Shown here: in pieces, positions 1 to 13,572 of the stretch
How positions within the stretch are numbered: the first letter of the stretch is position 1
Layout of the letters: each line of letters opens with the position of its first letter
DNA from: the human T2T-CHM13v2.0 reference genome, Homo sapiens
DNA length: 64,000 bases
Reading direction: 5' to 3' (one strand)
Assembly: GCF_009914755.1 (NCBI RefSeq)
Contig: NC_060934.1
Notes under the pieces: model-generated
The model's input: only the letters and a program-made list of their open reading frames with translations
Database searches by the model: none
Told to the model about the DNA's origin: nothing
Program-made: the position numbers and the translations under genes

Positions 1-473
1 TGTCTTCCTCAGAAAGACCCTTCTGGGCCCATGGAAACATCAGACTGTAGGATTCTAGAGACTGAACTCTCAGGCCATTGTGTATCCTTGAAGGCAGGGA
101 AACCTGCAAGAAGGGGGCAGGCAGAGGCCAACCACACAGATGCCAGGCCACTAGAGAAACATCATGAACATTGTTCTGAAGCTGCCTTCAATGACATGTG
201 CATGTATTTGCAATTCCATGGCTAAGGAAGAAGGAGAAAACAGGGATGGCATGGTCCCATTTTCTACTCTGCAGTTCTGGCTATTTCCAAACCGCCTGCT
301 ACTATAGGTAATAGCAGATAAGAAGAGCAAATTGTAAGAAGAAAATATAAAAGAAAACTCATGTAAGCTCAGTGATGAAATGAATGTTTCTGATACTTAA
401 CATTTACCTGATCTTTTTGTTGTTCCCAAAAGCAAAGTTGTGGACAAGATAAAGTAGTAAGATAATCTTAGGG

Positions 474-822
474 CAGCAGTCACCAACGTTTCTGGCACCA
501 GGGACTAGTTTTTTGGAAGACAATTATTCCACAGACTGGGGGTGGGGATGGGGGATGATTTCTGGATGAAACTGCTCCACCTCAGATCATCAGGCATTAG
601 ATTCTCATAAGGAGCCTACAACCTAGATCCCTCACATGCACAGTTCACAATAGGGTTTGAACTCCTATGAGAATCTGATGCCACCACTGATCTGACAGGA
701 GGCAGAGCCCAGGCAGTAATGCTCGCTCACCAGCCGCTCACCTCCTGCTGTGTGGCCTTGTATCTAATAGACCACAGACCAGTACATGTCTGTAGCCCCG
801 GGATTGGTGTTGGAGACCCCTG
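474..822 (+). mobile_element. MER1B hAT-Charlie DNA transposon (non-autonomous)
   Basis: Ends CAGCAGTCACCAAC... and ...GTTGGAGACCCCTG resemble MER1 terminal inverted repeats; body has GGCACCAGGGAC, CTCAGATCATCAGGCATTAGATTCTCATAAGGAG; 8-bp TSD TCTTAGGG (466-473) / CCTTAGGG (823-830). Confidence 0.9.
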
Positions 823-2129
823 CCTTAGGGTGTCCAACCTGAACAGAGTTAAAAGTCTTCACAACATTTGGAAGAAAAATGTGATGATGGTCTGAATGCG
901 GCTGATATGTACTTTCAGGGTACCCTTTGGAGGAGTGTCAAACAGGTATGCCTAGGCAAGTACCAGCATGCAGTAGCACGCAAGTAATGGCACCCCGTTC
1001 CACCACCCTGCAGACTCAGTGAGGGGCCAGATGCTCACAAGAGAGGGGCTTCTCATTTCAGAAGAAATTATCTCTGCCCTTTATCCCAAATGGTCCATTG
1101 AGAAGCAAAGAGAACATCTTTCTTTCCTGTTTCCCCAGAGAGCCTGTTTCTCCTCACCAACACCTCTAGAACATCCAAGTTCCCAGACAGCTGTTGGATC
1201 CGGCTTGAGAGTCTGCTACAACCCTCTGGGAGGTGTGTTTTTGCCTAGAAGTTGTTTTGCCCACCTGTGGTCACCATAGCTTCCTTCTGGGGCCTGTATA
1301 CACACTCAGATTCCAAATGCATCTTCTTTGTCACTCTGACCAGCAGAAGTGCCATTTCACAAGCATGATAGGGAAGGCTTGTCCTTGGGGTCGCTGAAGG
1401 CTGGTGCTACAATTAGCCCTTCTGTTTGCTTTTCTGCTCCTTACAGTAGAGTGTCTTAGATGAACAGACAGGGCACCATCAATAATGCACAGATGCTCTG
1501 TAATTGGGACTTCCTTTGATGTTAATTTAGCTAAGTTCAACGCCATTGTCAGTGATAGCAATTACGTGCAGCCTTTTCACCAAGGACATTTTAGGATAAT
1601 TTTATTTTTCATGTGCATTTTAAAATATGGCAGTAAATTTTGAGCTACATTACCTGAATTAGAACTCATTATTTATTTTCAACAGTGAACTAATACTCTG
1701 TCTAGGCTCCAAAGCTGTCTTTTTTTTTTTTTTCTTTTTTGAAGTGGGGGATATGTACTGGGGCTTCTACTTTATGCAGCTTTTAACTCTTGAGTGAAAT
1801 TTAGAAGTGAGTCACCTCTTCTTTTTTTGTTGAGCATTTTGAATTGTCACAGAGGCTATCTGGCTCGGTGACCTGTCACGTATTTTTGTTGGGCCCATTT
1901 TTATTCACTCCTCCCCCATTCCACAGCCTTTACTTTTGTTCTTGACACAATTTAAGGAGTTGCCTCCAGCTGTTTTTCTGGGGAGGTTTTAAGTCTGAAT
2001 TTATTGTAGCTGTTGAGTTCCATGGAAAACCTGCAATTCTTAATTTGTTCATGAGCTGTTGTTGGATTTGCTGCTCCATTTGGGGACTGGGCCCACTCCA
2101 AGTTTCAGGGTAATGTTTAGGTTTGGATT

Positions 2130-2270
2130 AAAGGCTGGACTTCTACCTCCTGTTATTGGTTGCCTTATTAAAATGGGGAATGTAATGCCTTCCAAGTCTG
2201 TTGGGGGATTAAATGAGATAATCTGTGGCAGGAGCTAATGCAGGCTCTGGTCTAAAGCATCAGTAGCAGC
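2130..2270 (+). mobile_element. MIR SINE fragment
   Basis: Degenerate MIR core AAAATGGGGAATGTAATGCC...GGATTAAATGAGATAAT; boundaries approximate. Confidence 0.6.
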
Positions 2271-2389
2271 TAGTGTTCTTAGTCATGTAATTTCAACTTA
2301 CAAGGACTCTTTTTGTGGCACTGCTGTGTCATCAAGATGTGTGGGTGAATGTGAGGAAGGTAATTTTGGCTTGAGATGCTGGGGGGCAG

Positions 2390-2757
2390 GTACCTAAGTC
2401 AGCTTGGGATACCATAACAAAATGCCATTGACTAGATGTCTTAAACAACAGAAATGCATTTTCTTGCAGTTCTGAAGTCCAGAAGTTCAAGGTCAGGGTG
2501 CCAGCATGGTTGGGTTCAGGTGTGGGCTCTCTTCCTGGCTTGTAGATGGCTACCTTCTCACTGCACTCTCCACTCATGGTGGAGAAAGTAAAGAAAGAGA
2601 AGGAGATCTCTCCGTCTTCTGATGAAACCACAGTCCTATTGGATTAGGGTCTCATTTAACCTTAATTACCTCCTAAAGATATTGTCTCCAGGTAGAGTCC
2701 CATTGCAGGGTAGAGCTTGAACGTGTGAATTTGGGGGTACGCATTCAGTCCACAGCA
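2390..2757 (-). mobile_element. MLT1A-type MaLR solo LTR
   Basis: CCATAACAAAATGCCA..CTTAAACAACAGAAAT..AGAAGTTCAAGGTCAGGGTGCCAGCATGG..CATTCAGTCCACAGCA match the reverse of the MLT1A/B consensus. Confidence 0.8.
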
Positions 2758-4339
2758 GGGGGCATTGCCCCTCTATTTCTGGTGGCTTAACTAAGTTTTC
2801 TGGAATTTATCCTTAAATGAAATACTTCTCCTGCTCTTCTGAGACATCTACTTCCTAAGAGTAAAATACCTAAAAGAAAGGAGTGTGAGAGGGGAAAGAA
2901 GGCCTCACATTCATCCTGGGGAGGTCCAGGCTCCTGAGCTTGGGCATCTCCTCAGCCACCGCACGAGACCCTTTTGTTCTTGTGGGAATGGTAGAGGGAA
3001 GCAGTAGGGCAGGTGAAGGCATGGGAGGAGTAAGCATGGCGTGGGGGACGGGAGGCTCCTTGCCACTGATGGAGCCAGGAGCATGAAGGTGCAGCTGCCC
3101 TCTGGACAGCTGTGGAGGAGAGAGGTCTCCATACAGGACCAATGCGGGAAAGGATGCCTGGTGCAGAAGTGAGCCCTTAAGCTCTTTCATTTGAGTGACC
3201 TCGCACTCAACTCTCTTAATCCTCCTCTAATTCCCTTGGCGAATCTGGAAATCAAGGCTGATGTTTAGATCCTAGAATTTGTCATTGGAATCAGGCCCCT
3301 CTGCCCCCAGAGTGAAATGAAAAAACTGGGGAATGAAATTTGGGAGCTTGTTACACATGTCCAAAGAATATTATCCCATCATCAGAAGGGTTTTGAAACC
3401 CAAGATTGAGATATTGGCTCTTTAGACAATTAGAAAACAGCCAAGTACTGTATTATGAAACAAACAAACAAAAAAATCTGTTCAGTTTAATGCTAGAAAA
3501 AGAGAAAGAGAGGTTCTAACTTCTGTACTCATTCTAATTTTTAGTCATGGGATGTTTTGGAGAAGATTAGATTACAAAATATTTTTTTCTTCTTTGTGTT
3601 CAGAAAAGCCTCAATACCAACTTGCAGCCTCTACACGTTTAGATGCCAGAGGCCTAAGCTGAAAATATGAATTGTGTTTGCTTAGGTAAAAATGAACAGG
3701 GCGAGTAAGCGGAATAAAGAATAAAAAGCTTTTCCTTCTTTGCTTTCCCTCCCCTCTTCCTTTGCACATTATATGACTAAATGTGCAACTTTGTTCACAT
3801 AACTGCTACAAACAGTTCACTGTGTAGGCCAAACGCTCTCTTATGCAGTAAAATTAAGAAATAATATGCTTTGAAAGTGATTTATGAGTGTGGTTAAACT
3901 GCCAGATTTACAAAGAAATAGTTCAGATCTTGGGAAGCCTCAGGAGTCACGTCAAAAATGAATTTGACCATGATTTAAACTGCTACTTTTCTTACATGAC
4001 ATTTAATATGTGTACTTTGGAGGCCCATATGTCTTTAATAAAATAGCATTAAGTTTTAAATATGATATGAATGCAGCCAGTTTCTAAATTCATAACCTTT
4101 TCCACAACTCCAAAATGCTAACCAATAAGGGAGTCATACACGCAATAAAACATAAACCTTAGAAAATAGCTTTTTATTAAAATGGTTAGACAGTTGGCAG
4201 CTGGGTTGCAATGTAATAAATACTTACAGCATTGTGGGTTTATCAGACGTTGTTTACCCTGCAAGCAACTGGGACCAGACAACTAATTATAGCCCCTGCC
4301 ACAAGAGCAGTTCAAGCTGAGTCCCCCTGAGTATATCGA

Positions 4340-4570
4340 AGATGCAGGATAGTTTGTGTTGAGGGCCCTGGACAGGGAGTCCAGAGATTTGGGCTCTAAT
4401 CCCTCTCCACCACTTAAAGGGGTGTGACCTTGGGCAAGTCCCTCCATTTTTCCAACTTCTCCAATCTGTGTCACAGAGATAATAATGCCTGGCAGGCAGT
4501 TCTGCAGTGCTGATAGATAAGAAACATCTGACACCAGTGCTTGGCACATAGTAGGTGCTCAGTAAAGAGA
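4340..4570 (+). mobile_element. MIR SINE
   Basis: GTGTGACCTTGGGCAAGTC...GATAATAATGCC...TGGCACATAGTAGGTGCTCAGTAAA. Confidence 0.75.
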
Positions 4571-5299
4571 AACAATTCTTTTTAAAAACAGCCTTTAATT
4601 AAAAAAAAAAGTATTTTAGGCTAGACCTTCATGTCATTCTAGCAGTGATGTTTTATGATGACTCTAGGTTGGCCCCAAGAGAAGTTTAACCAGTTAGCCA
4701 GAGATCAGTGTAAACATCATGAAAAATGAACATGGAGCTCCTTGTCTCTCTCACCTCTTGAAGGAACAAGCATGGGAGAATGGCAGAAGGACATATTTGG
4801 TTCAGGGGGAATGGGAGTGTCCTGGTGGCCACTGCTACTTTCCTGTTCCCAGAGATGAAAGGGAGGTGTGCAACACTGTTCCTTCTTGCCTTTGGCTTTC
4901 CCATTCATAGTGAAGGTGACTTATCTTTGTAAACTGCTCTTTATCACAGCCTAAGGTCTTTGAGTACTTCTGCTGCTGCTGTGTGTGAATGCATCTGCAG
5001 ACCTTTCTGTGGAGTAGTCTTGAAGTAGGCCTTCCAGTCTCCATGTTTCCAGATGCATAGGAACAGCTGGTGTTTCCAGCATCGCAGATGAAACAGCCAG
5101 TCTGGCAGTGGTCTGATTGTGTTTGTCCATGCAACCAAATCTTACCACCCCCCACAAACCTCCTTAGCAGGGAATTCCTGAATTCCCTAAAATGGAAGTT
5201 GTACATTATATTTGAGCCTAGATTTTGAATCTCAGGGCACAGACATATGTGTGGTTATCAAAGATGAAAAGACCAAGGAACCACTTCATTTTGTTTTGT

Positions 5300-5780
5300 T
5301 TTGTGTTGTTTTTATATTTTTTAACAATGTTATGGTTTCATTAAGGGAAATTAACAAAGAAAATCCTTCAACTCTATTCCCTATATGTGACTCTATGACA
5401 CATGTAGGGAATATGTGTGTTCCCTTCCAAACCGTATCCTTTTCTAAATGTGTTTAGAAATCCTTTTCTAAATGTGTTCTTGATGTGTTTAATGTTTTAC
5501 TTTTTACTTAAAATTTTTATTACTTATTTTGTATTCCTCAAATATATTCTTTCTATGGACTGTATAATTCTCTATCAAGTTGACCTAAGTACTATTAGTT
5601 ACCAAACCATTTTCCCACCGTTCCTGGATTTTAACCTTATGTATAAAATACTGCTAGTTGTATGTATGTGCAGGGTATGTGTGTGTGTGTATGTGTGTTT
5701 CCTTTAAATTACTTCCTTAGGATAATTTTTCATGGCTGGGCTTATTGGGTCACAAGGTGTGGGCACACAAGCGGTTTTAG
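5300..5780 (-). mobile_element. old L1ME-like 3' fragment
   Basis: AT-rich, degenerate similarity to L1M 3' end (TATGGACTGTATAAT..., TTCCTTAGGATAATTTT..., TTGGGTCACAAGG). Confidence 0.45.
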
Positions 5781-6928
5781 GCTCTGCCTAAGGATTCCAG
5801 GGTGCCATTTTTCAAGTTGGCAGCCTATCTTGGCTGAGTCATTGCACCTACCCAGGCTAGAGGGAATGTAGGTCAAAAGGAACACTTAACATTTCCAAGA
5901 CCTTCTTTGGAAATGAGTTTCCTAGAGTCTTATTGGTGGGTATGGTTCTAGAAGCAAGGCTTAGATTCTGTACAAAGCATGCATTGACCTGCTAAGTTGT
6001 AGTCCTAGGGAATTACGGGTTCCCTAGAGCATCCCGAAAATTATTAGTGGCACGAAGTCCTGATCAGTGTGAATGTGCCTTCAGACTGTAAGCCAAATCT
6101 TTGCATAATACCAATCATTCTACCTATAAAAGCACAAATATGTTATTGTTCTCAATAGCCAATTTAATGCGGCTTTGGGGAGGAAAAAAAGAGAAAAGAA
6201 GATTACAAGCTGGCTGATCTTGCTTTTATTTCTCTTAAATCTATCCACACTTCTCAGGGGTTATACTTGTTTAAAGATTGTATGCAACTGTGCAGTCTGT
6301 GTGATTTGGAAAGCAAATCAAACTAAATATGAAGTTTTCAGCATGTGCTGTTTTTAAAGGATTTCATGCATTTATTCCAAATATACATTTCTTCCCAAGT
6401 AGCACTAAACCTATAATCTTTTTCTTGTTACATTTGTTTTTTGGGGGGTGGGAGGCCAAGAGGGTGACTTAGCTTTGGAGTGGAAGGTTCCTATTAACAT
6501 CTACCTCCTTCTTGTGCAGCATTATTCACAGCAGAGCTATTAAGGCTAATTATTTTCAGGTTTCTATCAAAGGGGGATATTTGAGCTGACAAAAAAATGC
6601 ATTTATTGGGAAGACAAATGGCCTGTTTAAATAAGAAAGGGACCATTATCATCTACAGCTTCCACCCCCCTCCCAGTTATTAGCCTATATAGGGAGGAGG
6701 AACCAGAGACCCATGGGAGACTGTAAGTCAGAGGAGGTTCTGGGGGACCGTGCTCACTAAAATGCCTGGAACCCCAAGAAGGGAAGTAGATTTTCCTATC
6801 ATGTCTGCAGCCCACCTGAATTGTTCATTGACTTTGGAGCTGGTGTCAGCCTGTCATTTTTTTTTCCTCCTAGGTGAAATTCATTGACCCTTGATGTGTT
6901 ATGGAAAGAATATTGGTTGAGGAGCTAC

Positions 6929-7722
6929 ATGTATTAGTCAGGGGAAACTAACTGCTGTAACAAACAGTCCCAGATCCCGGTGGTTTAGTCAGTCTCCATT
7001 CACTGATAACTCCTTGATGGAGAGTAAGGAGTGTCCAGGGACCTAGGCTTCTTCCATGCAATGGCTCTGCATTTTTCTTGGGCCTTGAGTCCTTCCTGGG
7101 TTCAGCCCATGGATGGAGCAAGCATGAGAACATGGAGGATTGAACAGGAGGATCCACAGTCTGGGTTTTTGGGTGGCACACATCACTTCTGCCCATTGGC
7201 CAAAACTCAGGCATATGAACATTCATAACTGCAAAAAAGCCTGGGAAATGCGGACATTGTGCACTGACCTGTGTCCGCTCAAAACTCATATGTTGATGCC
7301 CTCACCTCAGATTGTGACTGCATTTGGAAGTAGAGAGCCTTTAAAGAGGTAATTTAGTTAAAATGAGACTGTTAAGGTGGGCCCTAATCCATCTGGCTGT
7401 TGCCCTTATAAGAAGAGGAGATTAAGACATGCAAAGAGGCATCAGGGGTGCCCACGCACAGAGAGATGACCAAGTAAAGAGGCAGCAAGAGAGTTGCCCT
7501 GTGCAAGCCAAGGAGAGAGGTCTCAGGAGAAACCAGCCCTGTGGGCACCTTGATCTTGGACTTCCAGACTCCAGAACTATAAGAAAAGAAAGGTCTGTTA
7601 TTTAAGCCACCCAATCAATGATATTTTGTATTTCAGCCCTGGAAAACTAATACAGCAGCTCAAATGAGTGCTCCAAAACAAAAGTCAGTGTATTTGGTAA
7701 ACATTGAGCCAGCATCTACCAT
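6929..7722 (-). mobile_element. MLT1J/K-type MaLR LTR interrupted by an MLT1A insertion
   Basis: Starts TGTATTAGTCAGG..CTGCTGTAACAAACA; CATCACTTCTGCCCATTGGCCAAAACT..GCCTGGGAAATG; the remainder resumes after 7654. Confidence 0.65.
7255..7654 (+). mobile_element. MLT1A/MLT1A0 MaLR solo LTR
   Basis: AAAACTCATATGTTGA..GGTGGGCCCTAATCC..CCTTATAAGAAGAGG..CACCTTGATCTTGGACTTCCAG..AACTAATACA. Confidence 0.85.
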
Positions 7723-7749
7723 ACTGAGCACTTGTGTTTTGGCCCCACT

Positions 7750-8160
7750 GCAATAGTCAGCTACTGTAAACCCTTGGGCAAGTCTAGTTTGTCCTCCAGG
7801 GCTCAGATTGCTCATCTGTAAAATGGGTACAGTGATGCAGATGAACTCTGAGGGTCTCCCTATGGTTTTGTGACCTGGATGGTGCACAGTCCCTCAGCTG
7901 GCATCTTGGTCAGGTAGGGGTCCAGTATCTGGCCTACTGTGGTGGTACACTGAAGGACCCAGATTTTAGGGTTCAACCTGGATTCAAATCCCCACTCTCC
8001 CATTGGCTATGGGATTTTGAGTAAATGAGTGTCTGCCTTAGTTACCTCATCTTTAAAATGAGGTTAATAAAAATAAATACCTGAAAGTGTTGCTGGATTA
8101 AGGGATTAAAGGAAATAATGAATATACTGTAAAGTACTTATTCCAGGGCTTCGTGCCCAA
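7750..8160 (+). mobile_element. two MIR fragments
   Basis: CCTTGGGCAAGT..CTCATCTGTAAAATGGG (~7772-7827) and GGATTCAAATCCCACTCT..CTCATCTTTAAAATGAGG (~7980-8063). Confidence 0.7.
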
Positions 8161-8179
8161 TAAAGACTTAATAACTTTG

Positions 8180-8770
<591 letters not shown>

Positions 8771-9969
8771 TTGGCCCAGTGCTGTGTTGTTACATGATCT
8801 CTAACCTGGCCATTCTGGGGATTTCAGGGCTCAGGAGATGACATGATTCAGGAAAGGAGAGCCGGAGTCATCAACCAATGCCAGGTCCCTAAAGTTCCCT
8901 CAGGAAGCACAAAATGGAAATGGCAGCTCTTTCAAGGGTCGGGCAGACAACAAACAAATATGTTGCATTTATAGCCAGGAATAGAAAGAACATGGTTAAC
9001 CTCCAAAAGTTCCTGAATCCATCTGATGAAGATGATGTTGACTTGACCTAGTTTGGGACCAGGGTTTACTTTTCTTTGTGCTCCACGTTACCTGGACTTC
9101 TCCACACTTCTGAGAGTCAGGGACATGGCCTCGAAACAATGTTTGTCCTATATGTCTAGCTTGCCACAGCTCTCATCTTCAAACCACCAGTTCTTGGTTT
9201 TATATACATGGCAGAAGATGCCCCAGGGCCAGGAGTTCCCATCCCAAATCATAGGCTGAGGATGCAGCACCAGGGCCAGGAAGGAAGGGAGGAATAGAGA
9301 TGACATATTCATGTCCTGGTTCTGTTGACCATGCTTGAGCTTCAGAGCCAGGCACCATCCTCCTACTTAGAGGTGATGGCGACCAGACAGTCTTTTAAGA
9401 GAAAAAGTATATTTTGCTTCACTTTTATTCAAAACAAGCTTTCTAGAGGGCTGAAATTTTGGATGCACTAGAGACAGCTGGAGATCTTCAAGCTATAGGA
9501 AAATGACAATGAATTCAGCCTTTCTGCTATCTCTTTCCTGTAGGGCAGGTTATCTGTCTTTGTCATGGCTAATGGCAATTTATGCTATCCATGACCACTG
9601 GGAAAGAAAAATATTCATATTTTTAAAATGAACTGAGACAGATCACTTCTCTATCAGGGACATGGTCATGCTAGAAGGAAGGAAGTAGAGTTTCCAAGGT
9701 CATAGTTTCTCAGTGTTTTCTGGGAGGTCACCATTTATTTATGATCTTATCATTTGAGTTTCAAAATTAGGATGAATTCTGCTGGAACCTTAAAAATAAT
9801 TTGAAGTGATGAGGGCAGAAGAAGCTGCTCAAATCCTGTGCTTTTCAGGAAATAGGGTACTTTTTAGATTTGCCAAGCAGCAACGACATTGTCACCCAGA
9901 GGTTTAGCTGGAAGGTAACATACCTGAAGCCTCAAGATTGGGGCATTTTCAGGCCATCTATGAAAATGA

Positions 9970-10420
<451 letters not shown>

Positions 10421-10665
10421 AATATTAACTCTTGAACACGTGTTTACACAGGTGACCTTCAGCTATTTAAGCACAGACGTTCCATAATGGAAGGGCAGCA
10501 CCAGAAATTCCCAGCTTTTGAGAAAATTATTGGACCTGTTATTACTGGAAGGAGGAGAACCAAGATGAGGTGATTTAGGATATTTATCTAGAAGATGAGG
10601 GAATTAATACATAGAGGCATCTGCCTCTCTTTGCATTCCACCAAACAGCTTAAAAGGAATTTCAG

Positions 10666-10972
10666 GGCTGGGTGCGGTGGCTCATGCCTGTAATCCCAGC
10701 ACTTTGGGAAGCTGAGACGGGTGGATCATGAGGTCAGGAGATCGAGACCATCCTGGCTAACACGGTGAAACCCCGTCTCTACTAAAAATACAAAAAAATT
10801 AGCCGGACATGGTGGTAGGTGCTTGTAGCCCCAGCTACTTGGGAGGCTGAGGCAGGAGAATGGCGTGAACCCAGGAGGCAGAGCTTGCAGTGAGCTGAGA
10901 TCGCGCCATGCACTCCAGCCTGGGCGACAGAGCGAGATTCTGTCTCAAAAACAAAAACAAAACAAACAAAAA
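10666..10972 (+). mobile_element. AluY
   Basis: GAGATCGAGACCATCCTGGCTAACACGG; A/C-patterned tail; degenerate TSD AAAAGGAATTTCAG / AAAATGGATTTCAG. Confidence 0.95.
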
Positions 10973-11639
10973 AATGGATTTCAGGTGATTCTTTTTGGAA
11001 GGTCTTTCTTCTCACCCATTGGCTAGTTTCTACCCATTAACACCAAGCCTCAGTTTTTCCATTCTTCTTCCCACTCATTCATCCATCTTATATTTACTTT
11101 GTTTATCAGGGTCCTTGGAAGGATTTGGGTAGAAAAGGAACTAAAACAGCCTTAGCCTTCACAGGGAGCACTTTCTAGGGAAGATGGACTCAAGTCTTTC
11201 CTCTGTCTCACTATGCTGACCTCTTCTACAGTTGCTTGGGTGCCTACAAATTTTTTCTCCTTTGTGTGCCTGATGAAGTCTACAAATGTTATAGACTGAA
11301 TATTTTAAATAATTTGACCTTTGTGCCTTATAGTACTCTTATTCCCTTTTTATTGTCACATTCTGTTAGAATGGAATGAACAGAATTCTTCAAAGGGCTT
11401 TTTAGATTGCCGTTTGATCTGACTGTGGAGGGAAGAATGATAGAGAGTTGGGTGTGCAGTTTTGCACACTTCTGGGTGAATGGGCAGTATGCATGTCATC
11501 TGCCTCCCTCCAGGCTGACCACATGGGCTCCTCAGGGAAAACACAGCCCAGCCAGGGGGAGTGGGGGTGGGTCTCTTCAGATGTATGGAAGTCCTTGTGT
11601 GAAGAGCCCTATGTGGCTTTCAACAATAAAGTCTCATTG

Positions 11640-11790
11640 AGTTGGAGGCAGTTTGGAAAAAGGCTTGGAGCCCCACATTAGATGGATACCAGAAGACCAA
11701 CATCCCATTATAAAAAGAAAGTCCTTACATCAAAATATTTAAACCAAAGGGAAAGGCCCAAGAAGTATGGAAAAGAAACAAGAAAATAAG
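11640..11790 (+). mobile_element. possible ancient RTE/L4-type LINE 3' fragment
   Basis: Purine-rich segment loosely resembling the RTE ORF C-terminus (H..RM...R.P.....G.RP...W); weak. Confidence 0.3.
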
Positions 11791-13305
11791 CAAAAGTAGT
11801 GAAAGTATTTCCTTCCAGGACATCAGAAGCTAGACCATGGCTCTAGTCTAGAATCATCTGATAATGATGGAGATGGATTTTTTGTTCTTAAAAAGAATGC
11901 TCTGGATAAGTCATTTCATGTCAGCTTTTATAACAGTTAGGAGTAAGGGAAGAGACCTGCCTTCATCTTGCCAGTCTTTTTAGGTGTGTTGGTCCTTACC
12001 TGCCAGGAATTTGGTAAACTTCATAGCATAGAGCCTTCTGTCTGGGGTATCCGTGGTCATTTGCTGCCAGCTCTAAGTTTTCTTTTGTGATTTCTGGCCT
12101 CATTTCCCACTGTTCTGCAGTGTATTTTTTCAGTTTAACTAGATCAGTGTATGTCTCAAGTTCTTCTTCCTCCTCCTCCTCCCTTCCCTTCGAAATAGAT
12201 ATGCCTTCATTATTGTTCGCCCAATCTCTTCACTCACTCATCTACCTTCTAGGGAATATATATCTCACCTTCTTTCTCTCATCAATCCTTCGGTGCCCAA
12301 CTCAGATTCTGTCCTCTATGAAGCCCCCTTTCAGAATTCCCAGACCCCAGAGCTTTCCTTTAACTACATCTTTAAGCCATATTATATTTTCAAATATTTG
12401 AATATATCCATCTTGCTTTCCCAAGTGAGAAGGCAAGGAATGTATCTCATCTACCTTCTGTTTACCCCATGGGGCCAAACTTAGGGATGGTCCTATATTA
12501 TCCCTTAGTATTTAGCATCTTCTACTACACTGAGCTATACTGAGACAGTCACCTTCTTCCCCATGGCCAATTACCAGGGAAGACCCAATGCACCAGCACT
12601 CAGTTCTCTCACCAAGTGTTATTCTGAAAATATGTGTATGAGACAGTGGCCAGCCTTGGACCAGAGGGAAATTCTGCAATTCTGCAATTTATGTGGATGC
12701 TTGCTAGAGGTCACACCACAAGGCCACTGTCCACATATCAGCTTTGTCTCAGGAGCTGACTCATGTTTTTTATATAAATCATAGTGAGTTGCCCATTATA
12801 AACACCTTGTAACATTCAAAAGGCTTTATGGCTGTTATTAGCTACTGCAGTTGTGATTTACTAGCTAATTCAGGCTGATGTGTAGATGAGTGTGCCCAGG
12901 GCACCATTTGTCCCATCTACATAAGTCAGAGAGTAGAATAGGCTGGGTACTCAAAAGCAAATGTCTCTTCCGACGGCCTGTGGCATGTCAGGGCTTGCTT
13001 ATATTTTCAGTTAGCAGGTCAGCAGTCTCTCCTCTCTAGGTGGGCTGTGTCTTCACACCTTGACACCTCCATCCAAGAGCCCTTGGTGGGAAGCACGGCT
13101 GTAACAGACAGTTTGTGTTCAGCGCTTTCACTAAAGACTTCCTTATTGCAGGCAGAAAAGAAAATAAAGTTGTGAGAGAAATATCTGGAATGGCCCTGGT
13201 GACACCTTTATGTTTCCCAGTGCATTCAGCATCAGATTTTGTATTGGTTTCTAGTTAGCAGTAGTCACACTTACCACTTGTTCTTTTTTTCCAATGAAAG
13301 TATCT

Positions 13306-13572
13306 GGCAGGATGCGGTGACTCATGCCTGTAATCCCAGCACTTTGGGAGGCCAAGGTGGGAGGATTGTTTGAGCCCAGGAGTTCAAGAAAAGCCTGGGA
13401 AACATGGCAAAATCCTATCTATAAAAAATACAAAAATTAGCCGGGTGTGGTGGTGCCTGTAGTCCCAGCTGCTCAGGAGGCTGAGCCTGGGGAGGTTGAG
13501 GCTGCAGTGAGCCATGATCACACCACTGCACTCCAAGCTGGGTGACAGAATGAGACTCCATCTCAAAAATAA
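13306..13572 (+). mobile_element. AluJ with internal deletion in the right arm
   Basis: J diagnostics GGAGGATTGTTTGAGCCCAGGAGTTC and GAGGCTGCAGTGAGCCATGAT; right arm lacks ~20 nt after GAGGCTGAG. Confidence 0.9.

Noticed and set aside
2752-2766. CTCF-like ACAGCAGGGGGCAT (also CCAGCAGGGGGT at ~35584)
   Set aside because: Partial matches only; cannot be supported without ChIP data
3604-3704. Exon-like segment (pyrimidine tract-CAG ... GTAAGC)
   Set aside because: Stop codons in all three frames; no evidence of use
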